A program made the translations under genes and the position numbers. Shown in pieces: positions 17,201 through 24,803 of a stretch of DNA of 36,682 nt. The stretch lies in assembly GCA_964424655.1 (NCBI GenBank), contig CAYRJR010000002.1:1-36682 (forward strand). The letters are read 5' to 3'. The stretch comes from an uncultured Chitinophagaceae bacterium. GTDB lineage: Bacteria > Bacteroidota > Bacteroidia > Chitinophagales > Chitinophagaceae. The notes beneath the pieces were generated by a model. That model worked only from the letters and a program-made list of their open reading frames with translations, did no database searches and was not told where the DNA came from. Positions within the stretch are counted from its first letter, which is position 1. Every line of letters begins with the position of its first letter.

Positions 17201-17437
17201 CCTTTGAATGTGCTCAGTGGTTACCGATGGCAAGGCGGATTAGGCTATTATGAAAGCACCCGTGACGCCAGCGACAACTTCTTCTTTGACTATCTGCCCA
17301 GGGGCAAGTATGTGTTTGAATATCCCATGTTCGTCACAAATGCGGGACAGTTTTCCTCTGGTATTGCCACAATTCAATGCATGTATGCCCCCGAGTTTGC
17401 TGCACACAGTGGCGGCCACCGGCTGAAGGTGGAGTAA
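11255..17437 (+). CDS. alpha-2-macroglobulin family protein (bacterial A2M, thioester motif retained)
   Basis: 2060 aa from the ATG at 11255, with signal peptide MKHSILLLLSCMLITISAMAQ. It has MG-domain-like repeats and the thioester region LIEYPYECSEQTFNRYYANALAA (CSEQ at 15692-15703). The ORF-track start at 11075 adds 60 non-signal residues and is unlikely. Confidence 0.9.
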   Translation: MKHSILLLLSCMLITISAMAQKGQEPSLANWKKADSLINRGLPESAEGLVNELYTSAKRDGDAVQTLKAQLFLMRIHNHNQEQSDSSNIALAEAQIRATGFPYQAVWRSIAAQLYWGYYQEHRYKILSRTIRATGSEADASAGDFEQWDAQQFFKKCSSLYTHSLDEAERLKTISILELSPVLEKGKNTLSLRPTLFDLLAFRALDFFENDEKDLTAPAYQFVMDDPAAFADATKFIRHDFASRDTLSEQWQALRLYQEVLAMHHADTKPDAFLDADLKRLEFAFRYSVNPEKTTLYRQALEQIETKYASHRLSALASFRLARLMMGLDENETSEQPQVNLNAVLAKLDSIIAKFPGSEGGIDAMHLRQNILASMLSLETEEAILPGRPSKVLLRYKNIPEVYFRVVKLDPESYFHIDRQRGDSAFINRLLRIRPVQAFQLSLPGTKDLRQHSTEVKIDSLPLGMYAIFISAKPSFQKTDNDLSFALCQSTELALLIKNAPGSNALHDADGYVVQRETGVPIPDVRVDFYRQEWQRNQSGYVLNLAESFRTNATGAFHVKSQANNFYGLALRKGADVFYSDSYLNFYRYHSQPKDSRQVLFFTDRSIYRPGQSIFFKAILLRESPVNRSAAVIADEELILKFFDANRQEVGRQVLRTNEWGSVSGTFKAPQGGLSGTMRIAAFDQNDQQELGEVRPTVEAYKRPKFRIGWDSLKQDFVLNEAISIQGHAVAYAGNNIDGAVVKYRVVRQVRWPFWWFAWRFAPQGHSSEQQMASGTTTTDANGTFKITFDALPDQSIDARSLPVFCYRIYADVTDLNGETRSGETQVSIGYRSLQIVADIPAQSSRKEVGSWQISSQNLNGDFVATAMHIQVARLQQPKQIYRKRYWPVPDQFVMSEAVFHKAFPLDAYKDEDDYRNWKEQSITAEQSLITTPKSNIRLPENAFPDNGWYCITISAKDKQGKAVEEKKFVQIWDAFASGSTYSALNIWPQTQSREPGEQADIKVISDLGALHLIRQVQYIGGSEISLRHMHASGTDEWHKNISEDDRGGIAVSYITVRDNRVYQVSAPIHVPWKNKELHIEWETHRNKLLPGQQEQWTLLLRGEKKEQVAAELVATLYDASLDAFKPHSWQISSLFPSLSVLPSWIANIGFEPVGSRGIATFQVSALPGYAKSYYQIAWLNDIGQNNWGLLYDREGAPSGGRILSATSMRAAEPLMKKDSEVSRQKEAPASSAKPIEALAAVEFPIRKNLQETAFFFPQLHTDSTGAIRISFTIPEALTEWKLMAFAHTKDLCTGLLNGNVKTQKDLMVQPELPRFLRQGDAIQISSKIVNLSEGQLRGTAKIEIVDALNGKVLNTAFRLAQTELPFSLQQDASGTVSWLLHVPESRYEPMIIRISAKAGAFTDGEENILPVLTNRMLVTETLPLWMNGSGQKHFSFEKLVEATSSPSMSQLGLTVEYTTNPIWNVVKALPYLIEYPYECSEQTFNRYYANALAAHIMDEAPRVKTVFKKWQEEAGQAALKSPLENNQELKSALLEETPWVLDAQSETKQQENIALLFETSKMQEGLKKDLQKLDDMMLPEGGWPWFKGGPRPNRYITQYIMTGLGRLRAISKNSADDGSRFLPEKGKFLQGTIPQEMIDKALPYLDREMEHDYRELLRRHADMKAQQIGNVEAQYLYLRSFFNDIPQSEISAEAINFFKKQAKQYWPQFNPYIKGMIAVAMYRNGEKTTSQDILQSLRETSIHKEETGMYWKQPSRSWWWYDAPIETQSLLIECFSEIAHDQTSIDMMKRWLLKQKQTQNWGTTTATADACYALLLAPSGKLIPLNNDRQVSITLGDTSIHSSALLQEAGSGYFKFKIPGVDIRPEMGNISLNITPTTSSSGNQIPDGQPSWGAIYWQYFEALDKIIPSATPLVLKKELFLEKNTDRGPVLVPISSDSISTEKGIAEPLKIGDKVRVRIEISVDRDIEYVHLKVGRAACFEPLNVLSGYRWQGGLGYYESTRDASDNFFFDYLPRGKYVFEYPMFVTNAGQFSSGIATIQCMYAPEFAAHSGGHRLKVE

Positions 17438-17500
17438 GGAAAAGTAATGTTTGGCATCTCATGCTTCCGCGAGCTTTGCTGCCTAAAACTTTCCGGTATT

Positions 17501-18535
17501 ATGATGCTGCAATCAGGGATATGCACCTTTGCCGACCTCGGCCAGCTCACGCCACAACAACGCATGAGCAACCTGCTGGAAGAAGCCATGCTGGCTGACG
17601 AACTTGGACTGGATGTGTTTGCCCTGGGCGAGCATCACCGTCCGGATTATGTGGTGAGTGCGCCGCCTGTTGCTCTGGCAGCCATAGCCGCACGCACAAA
17701 AAATATCCGTCTTTCCAGCGGTGTGACCGTGCTCAGCAGCGATGATCCTGTCCGGGTAATGGAGCAATTTTCAACCCTGGATTTAATCTCCGACGGACGC
17801 GCCGAAATCATGGCGGGTAGAGGCTCTTTCATTGAAAGCTTTCCGCTCTTTGGCTACAGCCTGAACGACTATGAGGAGCTATTTTCTGAAAAATTAGACA
17901 TGCTGGTGCAACTGGTGAACGGTGCCGAAATAAATTGGAAAGGCAGGTTGACACAGTCACTCAACCGGGCTCATATCTATCCGAAGCCCCTCCAGGAACC
18001 TATCCCTATCTGGATAGCCGTAGGGGGCACCCCACAGTCGGTGGTTCGTGCCGCACAATACAACCTGCCACTCACTTTAGCCATTATTGGCGGGCAATGG
18101 CGACGCTTTGAATATTTCGCACGCCTCTACCGCGATTCGCTGCAACAGGGAGGATACGCAAAACATGATGATGGGAAAAGTGTATCGCTCTGCATCAACC
18201 AGCATTGTTATATAGCCGAAGATGCGCAACAGGCACGCGATGATTTTTTTCCTGCTCACCATGAGGTATTCAGTCGCATAGGTCGCGAACGTGGCTGGAC
18301 ACCCGGTGGGCGCAACGAATTTGATGCGGCCTGTGGGCCGGAGGGACATTTACTTGTAGGCAGTCCACAGCAGGTGATTGACAAGCTTTGCGCGGAATAT
18401 GAAGTGTTTGGTAACACTCGTTTTATGGTGCAGACCAGCCTGGGCAATCTACCTCATGAAAAGGCAATGAAGAGCATTGAATTGTTTGCAACACAGGTGG
18501 CCCCTGTGCTACGTAAACTGGGCGTTGCAGGATGA
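17501..18535 (+). CDS. LLM-class flavin-dependent oxidoreductase (luciferase-like monooxygenase family)
   Basis: [89 protein letters not shown] is a typical LLM core. The start is set at [13 protein letters not shown] (17501) by analogy with family N-termini, but 17447 is also possible. Confidence 0.85.
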   Translation: MMLQSGICTFADLGQLTPQQRMSNLLEEAMLADELGLDVFALGEHHRPDYVVSAPPVALAAIAARTKNIRLSSGVTVLSSDDPVRVMEQFSTLDLISDGRAEIMAGRGSFIESFPLFGYSLNDYEELFSEKLDMLVQLVNGAEINWKGRLTQSLNRAHIYPKPLQEPIPIWIAVGGTPQSVVRAAQYNLPLTLAIIGGQWRRFEYFARLYRDSLQQGGYAKHDDGKSVSLCINQHCYIAEDAQQARDDFFPAHHEVFSRIGRERGWTPGGRNEFDAACGPEGHLLVGSPQQVIDKLCAEYEVFGNTRFMVQTSLGNLPHEKAMKSIELFATQVAPVLRKLGVAG

Positions 18536-18617
18536 AAAATTATTTCTGAATCACTGCCGGGCCGAGGCAGATTCGGTTTTCAATCGCCAACAGGCACCCG
18601 CCTACCTTTGCGCCGCT

Positions 18618-20282
18618 ATGGCTGAAGAAAAGTCACTGAATTTTTTAGAAGAAATCATCGAGGCCGACCTGGCTGCCGGTAAATATCCAGATGGCATCCA
18701 GACCCGCTTTCCGCCGGAGCCGAATGGCTATCTACATATTGGCCATGCCTCTTCCATCGTGCTCAATTTCGGCCTTGCCAAAAAGTATGGAGGCCGCTGC
18801 AATCTGCGCTTTGACGACACAAATCCTACTACCGAGGAAACGGAATATGTGGAGAGCATTCAGCACGATATTCAATGGCTCGGCTATCAGTGGGATTCGC
18901 GTCATTTCGCCTCTGATTATTTCGGACAACTATTCGACTTTGCCGTTCAGCTCATACGGGCAGGCAAGGCATACGTAGATGACAGCACAGCAGAAGAAAT
19001 AGCTGCTACAAAAGGTTCCATCACTGAGCCTGGGAAGGAATCGCCCTTCCGCAACCGGAGTGTTGAGGAAAACCTGAATCTATTCGAGTCCATGCGTGCC
19101 GGTAAGTATGCCGATGGCGAAAAAGTGTTGCGTGCAAAAGTGGATATGGCGCATCCTAATCTACTGCTGCGCGACCCCATCATGTATCGTATCAAGCATA
19201 CGCAACACCACCGAACTGGTGATGCCTGGTGCATCTATCCGATGTACGATTTTGCACATGGCCAAAGCGACAGCATTGAGCACGTGACTCATTCCATCTG
19301 CACGCTTGAGTTTATCCATCACCGGCCGCTGTATGATTGGTTTATTGAGCATCTGAGCATCTTCCCATCGCATCAATATGAGTTTGCCCGTCGTAACCTG
19401 AGCTATACTGTGATGAGCAAGCGTAAGCTGCTGCAACTTGTCAATGAAGGGCATGTAGCCGGCTGGGACGATCCAAGAATGCCGACCATTTCCGGAATGC
19501 GCCGGCGCGGTTATCCTGCCGCTGCCATTCGCCAGTTTTGCGAAACGGTAGGCATTGCTAAAAGAGAAAATGTGGTGGACTTAGGCTTGTTGGAGTTTTG
19601 TGTGCGTGAGCAACTCAATAAGACTGCGAATCGCTACATGATGGTGCTGGATCCGGTGAAACTCATCATCACCAATTATCCTGAAGGACAAAGCGAAGAA
19701 TTAGTAGCAGCGCTCAACCCAGAAGATGAAAATGCCGGAAGCAGGAATCTGCCTTTCAGCTCCGAGCTGTGGATAGAGCGGGAAGATTTTATGGAAGCTC
19801 CTCCCAAGAAGTTTTTCCGCTTGGGGCCTGGCCTAATGGTTCGGTTGAAACACGCTTACATCATTGAGTGTACCGGCTTCAAAAAGTATGTTGATGGGAA
19901 TATTCAGGAAGTTCATTGCCGATATATTCCTGAAAGCCACAGCGGCTCTGACACCAGCGGCATTCATGTGAAGGGAACGATTCATTGGCTGAGTGTTGCA
20001 CATGCACAGGAAGCCAGTATTCGTCTTTATGACCGCTTGTTTCGAGTGGAAAACCCAGCAGATGAATCCGGCGATTTCAAAGAATACCTCAATCCGGACT
20101 CTTTACTTCTCAGTAAAGCCTACATAGAGCCTGCATTGGCTGCTTTGCCTCCTGGCACTGCTTTTCAGGCATTGCGGAAAGGCTATTTCTGCGCCGACAC
20201 CGACAGCCAGTCCGGCCAGCCGATATTCAACAGTACCGTAGGTCTGAAAGATGCCTGGGCTAAAGAGCAAAAAAAAGCCTGA
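18618..20282 (+). CDS. glnS: glutamine--tRNA ligase
   Basis: HIGH motif ([10 protein letters not shown]), KMSKS-type motif (VMSKRKL) and GlnRS-specific blocks ([20 protein letters not shown]). I place the start at the ATG at 18618 ([14 protein letters not shown]); the ORF-track start at 18477 overlaps the preceding gene. Confidence 0.95.
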   Translation: MAEEKSLNFLEEIIEADLAAGKYPDGIQTRFPPEPNGYLHIGHASSIVLNFGLAKKYGGRCNLRFDDTNPTTEETEYVESIQHDIQWLGYQWDSRHFASDYFGQLFDFAVQLIRAGKAYVDDSTAEEIAATKGSITEPGKESPFRNRSVEENLNLFESMRAGKYADGEKVLRAKVDMAHPNLLLRDPIMYRIKHTQHHRTGDAWCIYPMYDFAHGQSDSIEHVTHSICTLEFIHHRPLYDWFIEHLSIFPSHQYEFARRNLSYTVMSKRKLLQLVNEGHVAGWDDPRMPTISGMRRRGYPAAAIRQFCETVGIAKRENVVDLGLLEFCVREQLNKTANRYMMVLDPVKLIITNYPEGQSEELVAALNPEDENAGSRNLPFSSELWIEREDFMEAPPKKFFRLGPGLMVRLKHAYIIECTGFKKYVDGNIQEVHCRYIPESHSGSDTSGIHVKGTIHWLSVAHAQEASIRLYDRLFRVENPADESGDFKEYLNPDSLLLSKAYIEPALAALPPGTAFQALRKGYFCADTDSQSGQPIFNSTVGLKDAWAKEQKKA

Positions 20283-20298
20283 CCAGATATTGATCAGG
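20267..20298 (-). terminator. putative intrinsic terminator for ridA
   Basis: Hairpin cctgacca-gatat-tgatcagg (20278-20298, 7 of 8 pairs). On the minus strand it is followed by a T-run, the complement of the A8 run at 20269-20276. It overlaps the glnS stop codon. Confidence 0.4.
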
Positions 20299-20326
20299 CA
20301 AAGTGTTTATTTGGAACACACTGAAA

Positions 20327-20716
20327 TCAAGCCTTAGCCAAAGCAATCATGCTAATTTCTACATGCACACCTTTAGGCAATGCCGCCACCTGAATGGTCT
20401 CGCGAGCAGGTGCATTTCCGGTTTCAAAATAAGCTGCATACACTTCGTTGACGACTGAAAACTGGCCCATATCGGTGAGGAAAATGGAGCTTTTCACCAC
20501 GTCAGTAAAGTTGAGGTCTGCTGCTTGCAAGATGCCTTTCAGGTTTTGCATCACCTTGTCTGTTTCAGTAACTATATCGCCTGTATGCAGCGTGCCATCG
20601 TTTGCGTCCAGAGCTATCTGTCCGGAGATATAGAGCATGCCGTTTGCAAGGACTGCCTGGCTGTAAGGGCCAATTGGGGCTGGAGCGGCAGAGGAGATAA
20701 TGATATATTTTTCCAT
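20327..20716 (-). CDS. ridA: RidA family protein (reactive intermediate/imine deaminase, YjgF/L-PSP)
   Basis: APAPIGPYSQAV..NGMLYISGQIAL...VKSSIFLTDM...ARETIQVAALPKGVHVEI. I place the start at the ATG at 20716 (MEKYIII), giving the usual ~129 aa. Confidence 0.9.
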   Translation of the reverse strand: MEKYIIISSAAPAPIGPYSQAVLANGMLYISGQIALDANDGTLHTGDIVTETDKVMQNLKGILQAADLNFTDVVKSSIFLTDMGQFSVVNEVYAAYFETGNAPARETIQVAALPKGVHVEISMIALAKA

Positions 20717-20750
20717 GGGGCAAAGGTAGCTGAGGGTAATTTTGCGCCCC

Positions 20751-21422
20751 ATGACCGTAAGCATTCTCCACATAGATTGTTCTGGGCCAATGGCATGGGT
20801 GATGCTTGCGGTGAATGGAATTGTGATAGGCTCGCAGCAAAGCCAGGCGCCTCGTGACCATGCAGCTAAGCTGAATCAAATGATTGATTCGCTATTGGCA
20901 GATAACAGATACAAGCTTACGGATGTGGATGCTTTTGCTGTTTGTAGCGGGCCGGGTTCTTATACGGGCCTTCGCATTGCCATGGCGGCCGCGAAAGGAT
21001 TTTGCTATGCCTTAGATAAGCCCTTGTTGATGCACAACAGGCTGCTACTCATGCTGGAAGAGCTGGCATTAGTTTCTGATAAAGGAAGCCTCAACAGATT
21101 AGCCATTTTGCCCGCCCGTGCAGGCGAATATTATGTTGCAGCACAAGGAGAATGGGAAGAGCCACCCAGGCATATGATGCAGGAAGAACTATTAGAAAAA
21201 TCACGAGTTTGGACAGAACCAGCCTTGTTAATTGGCCAATTGGAAGAAGACTTTTCTATCCCTAATGTGAAAAACCTTATAGTTCATTCTAAGCTTGACT
21301 TAAGTACTTGGGCCAAAAGGACTTTCAAGTCTTTTTCTGAAAGTGAATTTGCAGATATAGCTTATACAATCCCTGAATATCTAAAAGCTGCGTATGTAAG
21401 CGCCTCAAAAAGGGAAAAATAG
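20751..21422 (+). CDS. tsaB: tRNA N6-threonylcarbamoyladenosine biosynthesis protein TsaB
   Basis: ILHIDCSG...DAFAVCSGPGSYTGLRIAMAAAKGFCYALDKPL is the typical TsaB/YeaZ N-terminal domain. I use the ATG at 20751. Confidence 0.85.
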   Translation: MTVSILHIDCSGPMAWVMLAVNGIVIGSQQSQAPRDHAAKLNQMIDSLLADNRYKLTDVDAFAVCSGPGSYTGLRIAMAAAKGFCYALDKPLLMHNRLLLMLEELALVSDKGSLNRLAILPARAGEYYVAAQGEWEEPPRHMMQEELLEKSRVWTEPALLIGQLEEDFSIPNVKNLIVHSKLDLSTWAKRTFKSFSESEFADIAYTIPEYLKAAYVSASKREK

Positions 21423-21486
21423 ATGCGCAAAAAAACCTTGCTAAAGCCACGTTTAACGCTGAGTTAACAGCTATTCAGCATCACAA

Positions 21487-21518
21487 CTTTGCCGATATAA
21501 ACAGAAGCTGTATGTTTG
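21487..21518 (+). promoter_or_regulatory. candidate Bacteroidota sigma-A promoter (-33 TTTG / -7 TATGTTTG)
   Basis: TATGTTTG (21511-21518) matches TAnnTTTG exactly. A TTTG at 21487-21490 lies 20 nt upstream, which is the expected spacing. The promoter sits about 55 nt upstream of the ATG at 21575. Confidence 0.4.
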
Positions 21519-21574
21519 CACCGCTTTTATAGCATCAAATATTTTCTTTAATCACCTTTTCAAGTTTCAAGCAC

Positions 21575-21961
21575 ATGGAAACCACCATGACCGGGAATAC
21601 CCTGGTAATCCGTAAGGACGAAGCCAACAGCGAGCACATCAAGTTGGATTACGTAGCTGTAAAGACTGCAGCTATGACGCTCCGTGCCATCAACCACAAG
21701 CTGCGCCAACAAATCGTTCGCCTGCTGGAAGAACACAAGCGTATGAATGTTACGGACATCTATGTTAAGCTGCGCTTAGAGCAAAGCGTTGCTTCTCAGC
21801 ACCTTGCAATTCTGCGTCGTGCTAACATCGTGATTACGCAGCGTGAAGGCAAGTTCATCCACTACAGCCTGAACCACAAGCGTATTGCCGACATCGCTCA
21901 GTTCGTAAGCGAACTGGTAAACAGTGATGCGAGTGAAAAGAACAGCGATAACAACGCTTAA
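21575..21961 (+). CDS. ArsR/SmtB-family winged-helix transcriptional regulator
   Basis: 128 aa. The HTH and wing pattern INHKLRQQIVRLLEEHKRMNVTDIYVKLRLEQSVASQHLAILRRANIVITQREGKFIHYSL is present. The gene looks monocistronic, with its own promoter motif and terminator. Confidence 0.8.
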   Translation: METTMTGNTLVIRKDEANSEHIKLDYVAVKTAAMTLRAINHKLRQQIVRLLEEHKRMNVTDIYVKLRLEQSVASQHLAILRRANIVITQREGKFIHYSLNHKRIADIAQFVSELVNSDASEKNSDNNA

Positions 21962-21980
21962 TCCTAAAAACTCCCCCCTA

Positions 21981-22015
21981 AAAAAGGCCGTTTCGAAAGA
22001 GGCGGCCTTTTTTTA
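21981..22015 (+). terminator. rho-independent terminator
   Basis: aaaaaGGCCGtttcgaaagaggCGGCCttttttt: a GC stem at 21986-21990 / 22003-22007 followed by a T7 run, 20 nt after the stop codon. Confidence 0.7.
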
Positions 22016-22020
22016 GTCAG

Positions 22021-22190
22021 CTTTTTTTGAAACCTGCGGATTTGCTGCGTTGGCATTTTGCATGGTTCCTCACTATTGGGTTTTGCTCAGATGATACCAG
22101 GTTTTTCAGTGAAATGATGAACAGCGAAATCTTGCCGAAGTGTGCAACGGATGCCGCATCGGGCTGCAAAAGCTGACTAAAAAATCATAA
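22021..22190. repeat. third copy of the composite repeat, lacking the left-arm core
   Basis: 22122-22190 aligns with 10704-10770 (cagcgaaatcYtgcYgaagtgtgcRacggatg...ctgaYWaaaaaa). 22044-22066 (tgctgcgttggcattttgcatgg) aligns with 10635-10659 (tgctgctatgcaacttttctcatgg). The T-run head at 22021-22029 aligns with 10570-10578. The ~45-nt core gccctgatg...gaggggccag is absent. Confidence 0.7.
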
Positions 22191-22272
22191 TTGGGAGGCT
22201 ACTGACGGATTTCTTCTACTGTTTCCAGGTGTCGCAGCTTGAATGACGATAAAAATCTCAGGGAATTAGGCT

Positions 22273-22878
22273 TTATTTCAAAGTCCTGCTTTTTATTTCC
22301 TCCCAGGTTTGGTAAAGGCTTTCCTGAGGAGGCTTATTAGTAGGTAACTCAGTCAATGGCTGGCAGGCTTTCAGGCTTTCGTGGCAGTCAGCAGGGAGCT
22401 GTTGATACAGGCGCGTGCCGGCAGTCTTCCAGGCTATCATTTCATCACTCACTTCCTTTACTATTTTTCCTGGATTGCCTACTACCAGCGAGCGTCTCGG
22501 CACTTGCATCTTAGCCGGAATGAAGCTGAGTGCTCCGATAATACTCTCATCGCCAATTTCAGCTTCATCCATGAGTACGGCATTCATCCCTACCAGGCAA
22601 TTCCGCCCGATTTGTGCGCCATGGACGATTGCCCCATGCCCAATATGTGCACCCATCTGCAATCGAACCGTAACGCCAGGAAACATGTGAATCGTGCAAT
22701 TTTCCTGCACATTGCAGCCGTCCTCGAGTACGATGCCGCCCCAGTCGCCTCGTAGTGCAGCGCCCGGGCCTATGTAGCAATCCTTCCCGATAATCACATT
22801 GCCTGTGACGGCGGCCTGAGGATGTACAAAAGCAGTAGGATGTACTACAGGGATGAAAGATTTGAAAGCGTAGAACAT
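22273..22878 (-). CDS. left-handed beta-helix (hexapeptide repeat) protein, PaaY/CaiE/gamma-carbonic-anhydrase-like
   Basis: FIPVVHPTAFVHPQAAVTGNVIIGKDCYIGPGAALRGDWGGIVLEDGCNVQENCTIH...HIGHGAIVHGAQIGRNCLVGMNAVLMD is collinear with PaaY/CaiE. I place the start at the ATG at 22878 (MFYAFKSF). Confidence 0.85.
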   Translation of the reverse strand: MFYAFKSFIPVVHPTAFVHPQAAVTGNVIIGKDCYIGPGAALRGDWGGIVLEDGCNVQENCTIHMFPGVTVRLQMGAHIGHGAIVHGAQIGRNCLVGMNAVLMDEAEIGDESIIGALSFIPAKMQVPRRSLVVGNPGKIVKEVSDEMIAWKTAGTRLYQQLPADCHESLKACQPLTELPTNKPPQESLYQTWEEIKSRTLK

Positions 22879-23074
22879 AGGAGCAGAATTTGAATAATAG
22901 TGCTGGATTCTCTCATTACAGATACCTGGCCGCAAAGGGAATCAGCATAAAATGACTTTAGCAAAATATCTTTTGGATGATTCAATTATTACGGTGAAAT
23001 CAGAGGTCTTTGTTCGGGAAAAAAACAAAGGCAACAATAAGGGCATATTCACGAAATGATGCTTTTTAAGTAGC

Positions 23075-24154
23075 TCAGAACCGGGTAAGCCAGTCTTGAA
23101 GTACGGATTCAAGCAAGGTGTTTTTATACTGGAATTGGGCAGGTATTGGCCGTGGTCTTGCCATTGCCAAAGCCACCATTGCTTTTAGATTAATGTCCCG
23201 CTGACGGGCTGTGTAAAACAAAGAATTTGCTGAAAGGGATTGGGCGAGATAGGTCTGCTCGGTCTGCCCGGGTGTGGGAATCAGTATGGCTGGTTTGCCC
23301 AATTTGACCAGATCCATAATTGTTGAATATCCACTGCGACAAACTACCAGCATTGCTTCTTTTAGGAATGCTCCAACCTGCTGCGCATTTGCGAAAGAAA
23401 GGTGCTGAATATGTGCTGGTGCCTCCCGGGAAATACCTGCTTTCCCTTCCACAAACACGATGGGCATTTCAAGCGTCAGGGCTTGCTGCCACAGCTTTTC
23501 AGACAGTATGCTTCGTTGCGGCTCAGGGCCGGAAAGTAAGATGAGCAGATGAGACTTGTTGCCAATGGAGCCTACAGATTCGAGTTGGGATAAACAACCG
23601 ATATAGTGTGTATTTGGCGGCATCTTTTGCGGGTGCGAAAGCAGCCCGCCAAAGTTCTCCTGTCCAGGCAGGTCGGGTATCCAGATGTTGCCGAAACGCT
23701 GTAAATACGAATAATGGATCTTGCGAAGTCGTGCATCAGCAAGGCGGCCAAGACCGGTAAGTATATTCAGTTGGTGCGTCAGGATTACCGTGGCCTTTTT
23801 GGGGTGCCAGAGGCCATAACGATTGTCAGAGATGATGGCATCAATCTGCTGCTGTTCTACAAAATCTGCAAGCCAACGATGTTCTTCCCGGATACGATGC
23901 AACAAACCTGGCACCTGGCGCAGTAATTGGAGCATCAGCGCACTACGGCCATAATTCACTTCATAGCCACTTAAAGTATGCAAGGCAATGTCGGGAAACT
24001 GGCCGCTCATGATTGCCTTTTGAGTGTCATTTCCAGCAAATATTACGGTATGGTCCATTTGCCGTAAATGCTTTATTATCGGCACACAACGCGTCGTGTG
24101 GCCGAGCCCCCAGTCAAGTGGTGCGACGAGAATTCTTTTGGCTGATAATGGCAT
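23075..24154 (-). CDS. glycosyltransferase (MurG/GT28-like, GT-B fold)
   Basis: The N-terminus RILVAPLDWGLGHTTRCVPIIKHL and the C-terminal half VVCRSGYSTIMDLVKLGKPAILIPTPGQTEQ are typical of UDP-sugar GT-B enzymes. Confidence 0.8.
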   Translation of the reverse strand: MPLSAKRILVAPLDWGLGHTTRCVPIIKHLRQMDHTVIFAGNDTQKAIMSGQFPDIALHTLSGYEVNYGRSALMLQLLRQVPGLLHRIREEHRWLADFVEQQQIDAIISDNRYGLWHPKKATVILTHQLNILTGLGRLADARLRKIHYSYLQRFGNIWIPDLPGQENFGGLLSHPQKMPPNTHYIGCLSQLESVGSIGNKSHLLILLSGPEPQRSILSEKLWQQALTLEMPIVFVEGKAGISREAPAHIQHLSFANAQQVGAFLKEAMLVVCRSGYSTIMDLVKLGKPAILIPTPGQTEQTYLAQSLSANSLFYTARQRDINLKAMVALAMARPRPIPAQFQYKNTLLESVLQDWLTRF

Positions 24155-24213
24155 TTACCTAAGTATGGCAGGTAAAATTACCTTTGAGTAAGACCCGGCC
24201 CGGTTTGAAAACA

Positions 24214-24360
24214 ATGATTCAGAAAATATGGAATTATCGCCCGCTCTACATCCTGCTTATTATAGCCGGAATTATGCTGGCACAGAGTTGTAGTACTACT
24301 AAGAAATGTGGCTGCGGTGCTGACCTTAACCGAATAAACCTACCCAGACGCTATCGCTAA
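24214..24360 (+). CDS. possible small lipoprotein (48 aa; not in the ORF track)
   Basis: ATG at 24214 to TAA at 24358-24360 translates to MIQKIWNYRPLYILLIIAGIMLAQSCSTTKKCGCGADLNRINLPRRYR. It has a hydrophobic signal segment and a lipobox-like LAQS|C. It lies upstream of a + strand terminator at 24652. Confidence 0.4.
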   Translation: MIQKIWNYRPLYILLIIAGIMLAQSCSTTKKCGCGADLNRINLPRRYR

Positions 24361-24387
24361 ATTATTAACTCCAGAAACCACCCGATT

Positions 24388-24630
24388 ATGTGGCGCGATC
24401 AAGACAAAGTTTGGATGCATTATCTGAACGACATCATTGCTTCTGATGTAGCCTCCGCCGTGTTTTTATCCACTTATATGCGTCATGCCCTGCGGGGCCG
24501 CACGCTGTCTGCCTATCACGAGGTAGCAGACCTGCAGCGCTATCGTCTCTATCGAAAAAGTAAAAAGGTGAGTCATGCACTCAATCACAGAGTACACTTG
24601 CCATTTGTATTTGTGCTGGGTAAAAATTAG
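24388..24630 (+). CDS. hypothetical protein (80 aa)
   Basis: ATG-initiated ORF 27 nt after the small lipoprotein ORF, followed 21 nt later by a strong + strand intrinsic terminator. I recognise no motif. A 63-aa antisense ORF overlaps it. Confidence 0.4.
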   Translation: MWRDQDKVWMHYLNDIIASDVASAVFLSTYMRHALRGRTLSAYHEVADLQRYRLYRKSKKVSHALNHRVHLPFVFVLGKN

Positions 24631-24651
24631 ACCCGGTATCCGGAAATATTC

Positions 24652-24677
24652 AACCACCCTTTTCGGTGGTTTTTTTG
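24652..24677 (+). terminator. rho-independent terminator
   Basis: AACCACCcttttcGGTGGTTttttttg: a 7-bp stem, 6-nt loop and a T-run. Confidence 0.75.
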
Positions 24678-24803
24678 TGCGTGGGGCAAAGAAAGACTCT
24701 TGATTTTTAAAAACGCAATCCTTTGCTTTGCAATCAACCCGTATCTTTCACGGCCTTGAATGGCCATTCGCTTTCCAAAAAAATTTCCACACAGCATTTC
24801 ACC

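Noticed and set aside
23008-23030. Hairpin CTTTGTT-cgggaaaaa-AACAAAG downstream of the glycosyltransferase gene, considered as an intrinsic terminator.
   Set aside because: On the minus strand the T-run falls inside the loop rather than after the stem, and no U-tract follows the hairpin. It is not a canonical terminator, so it is left unannotated.
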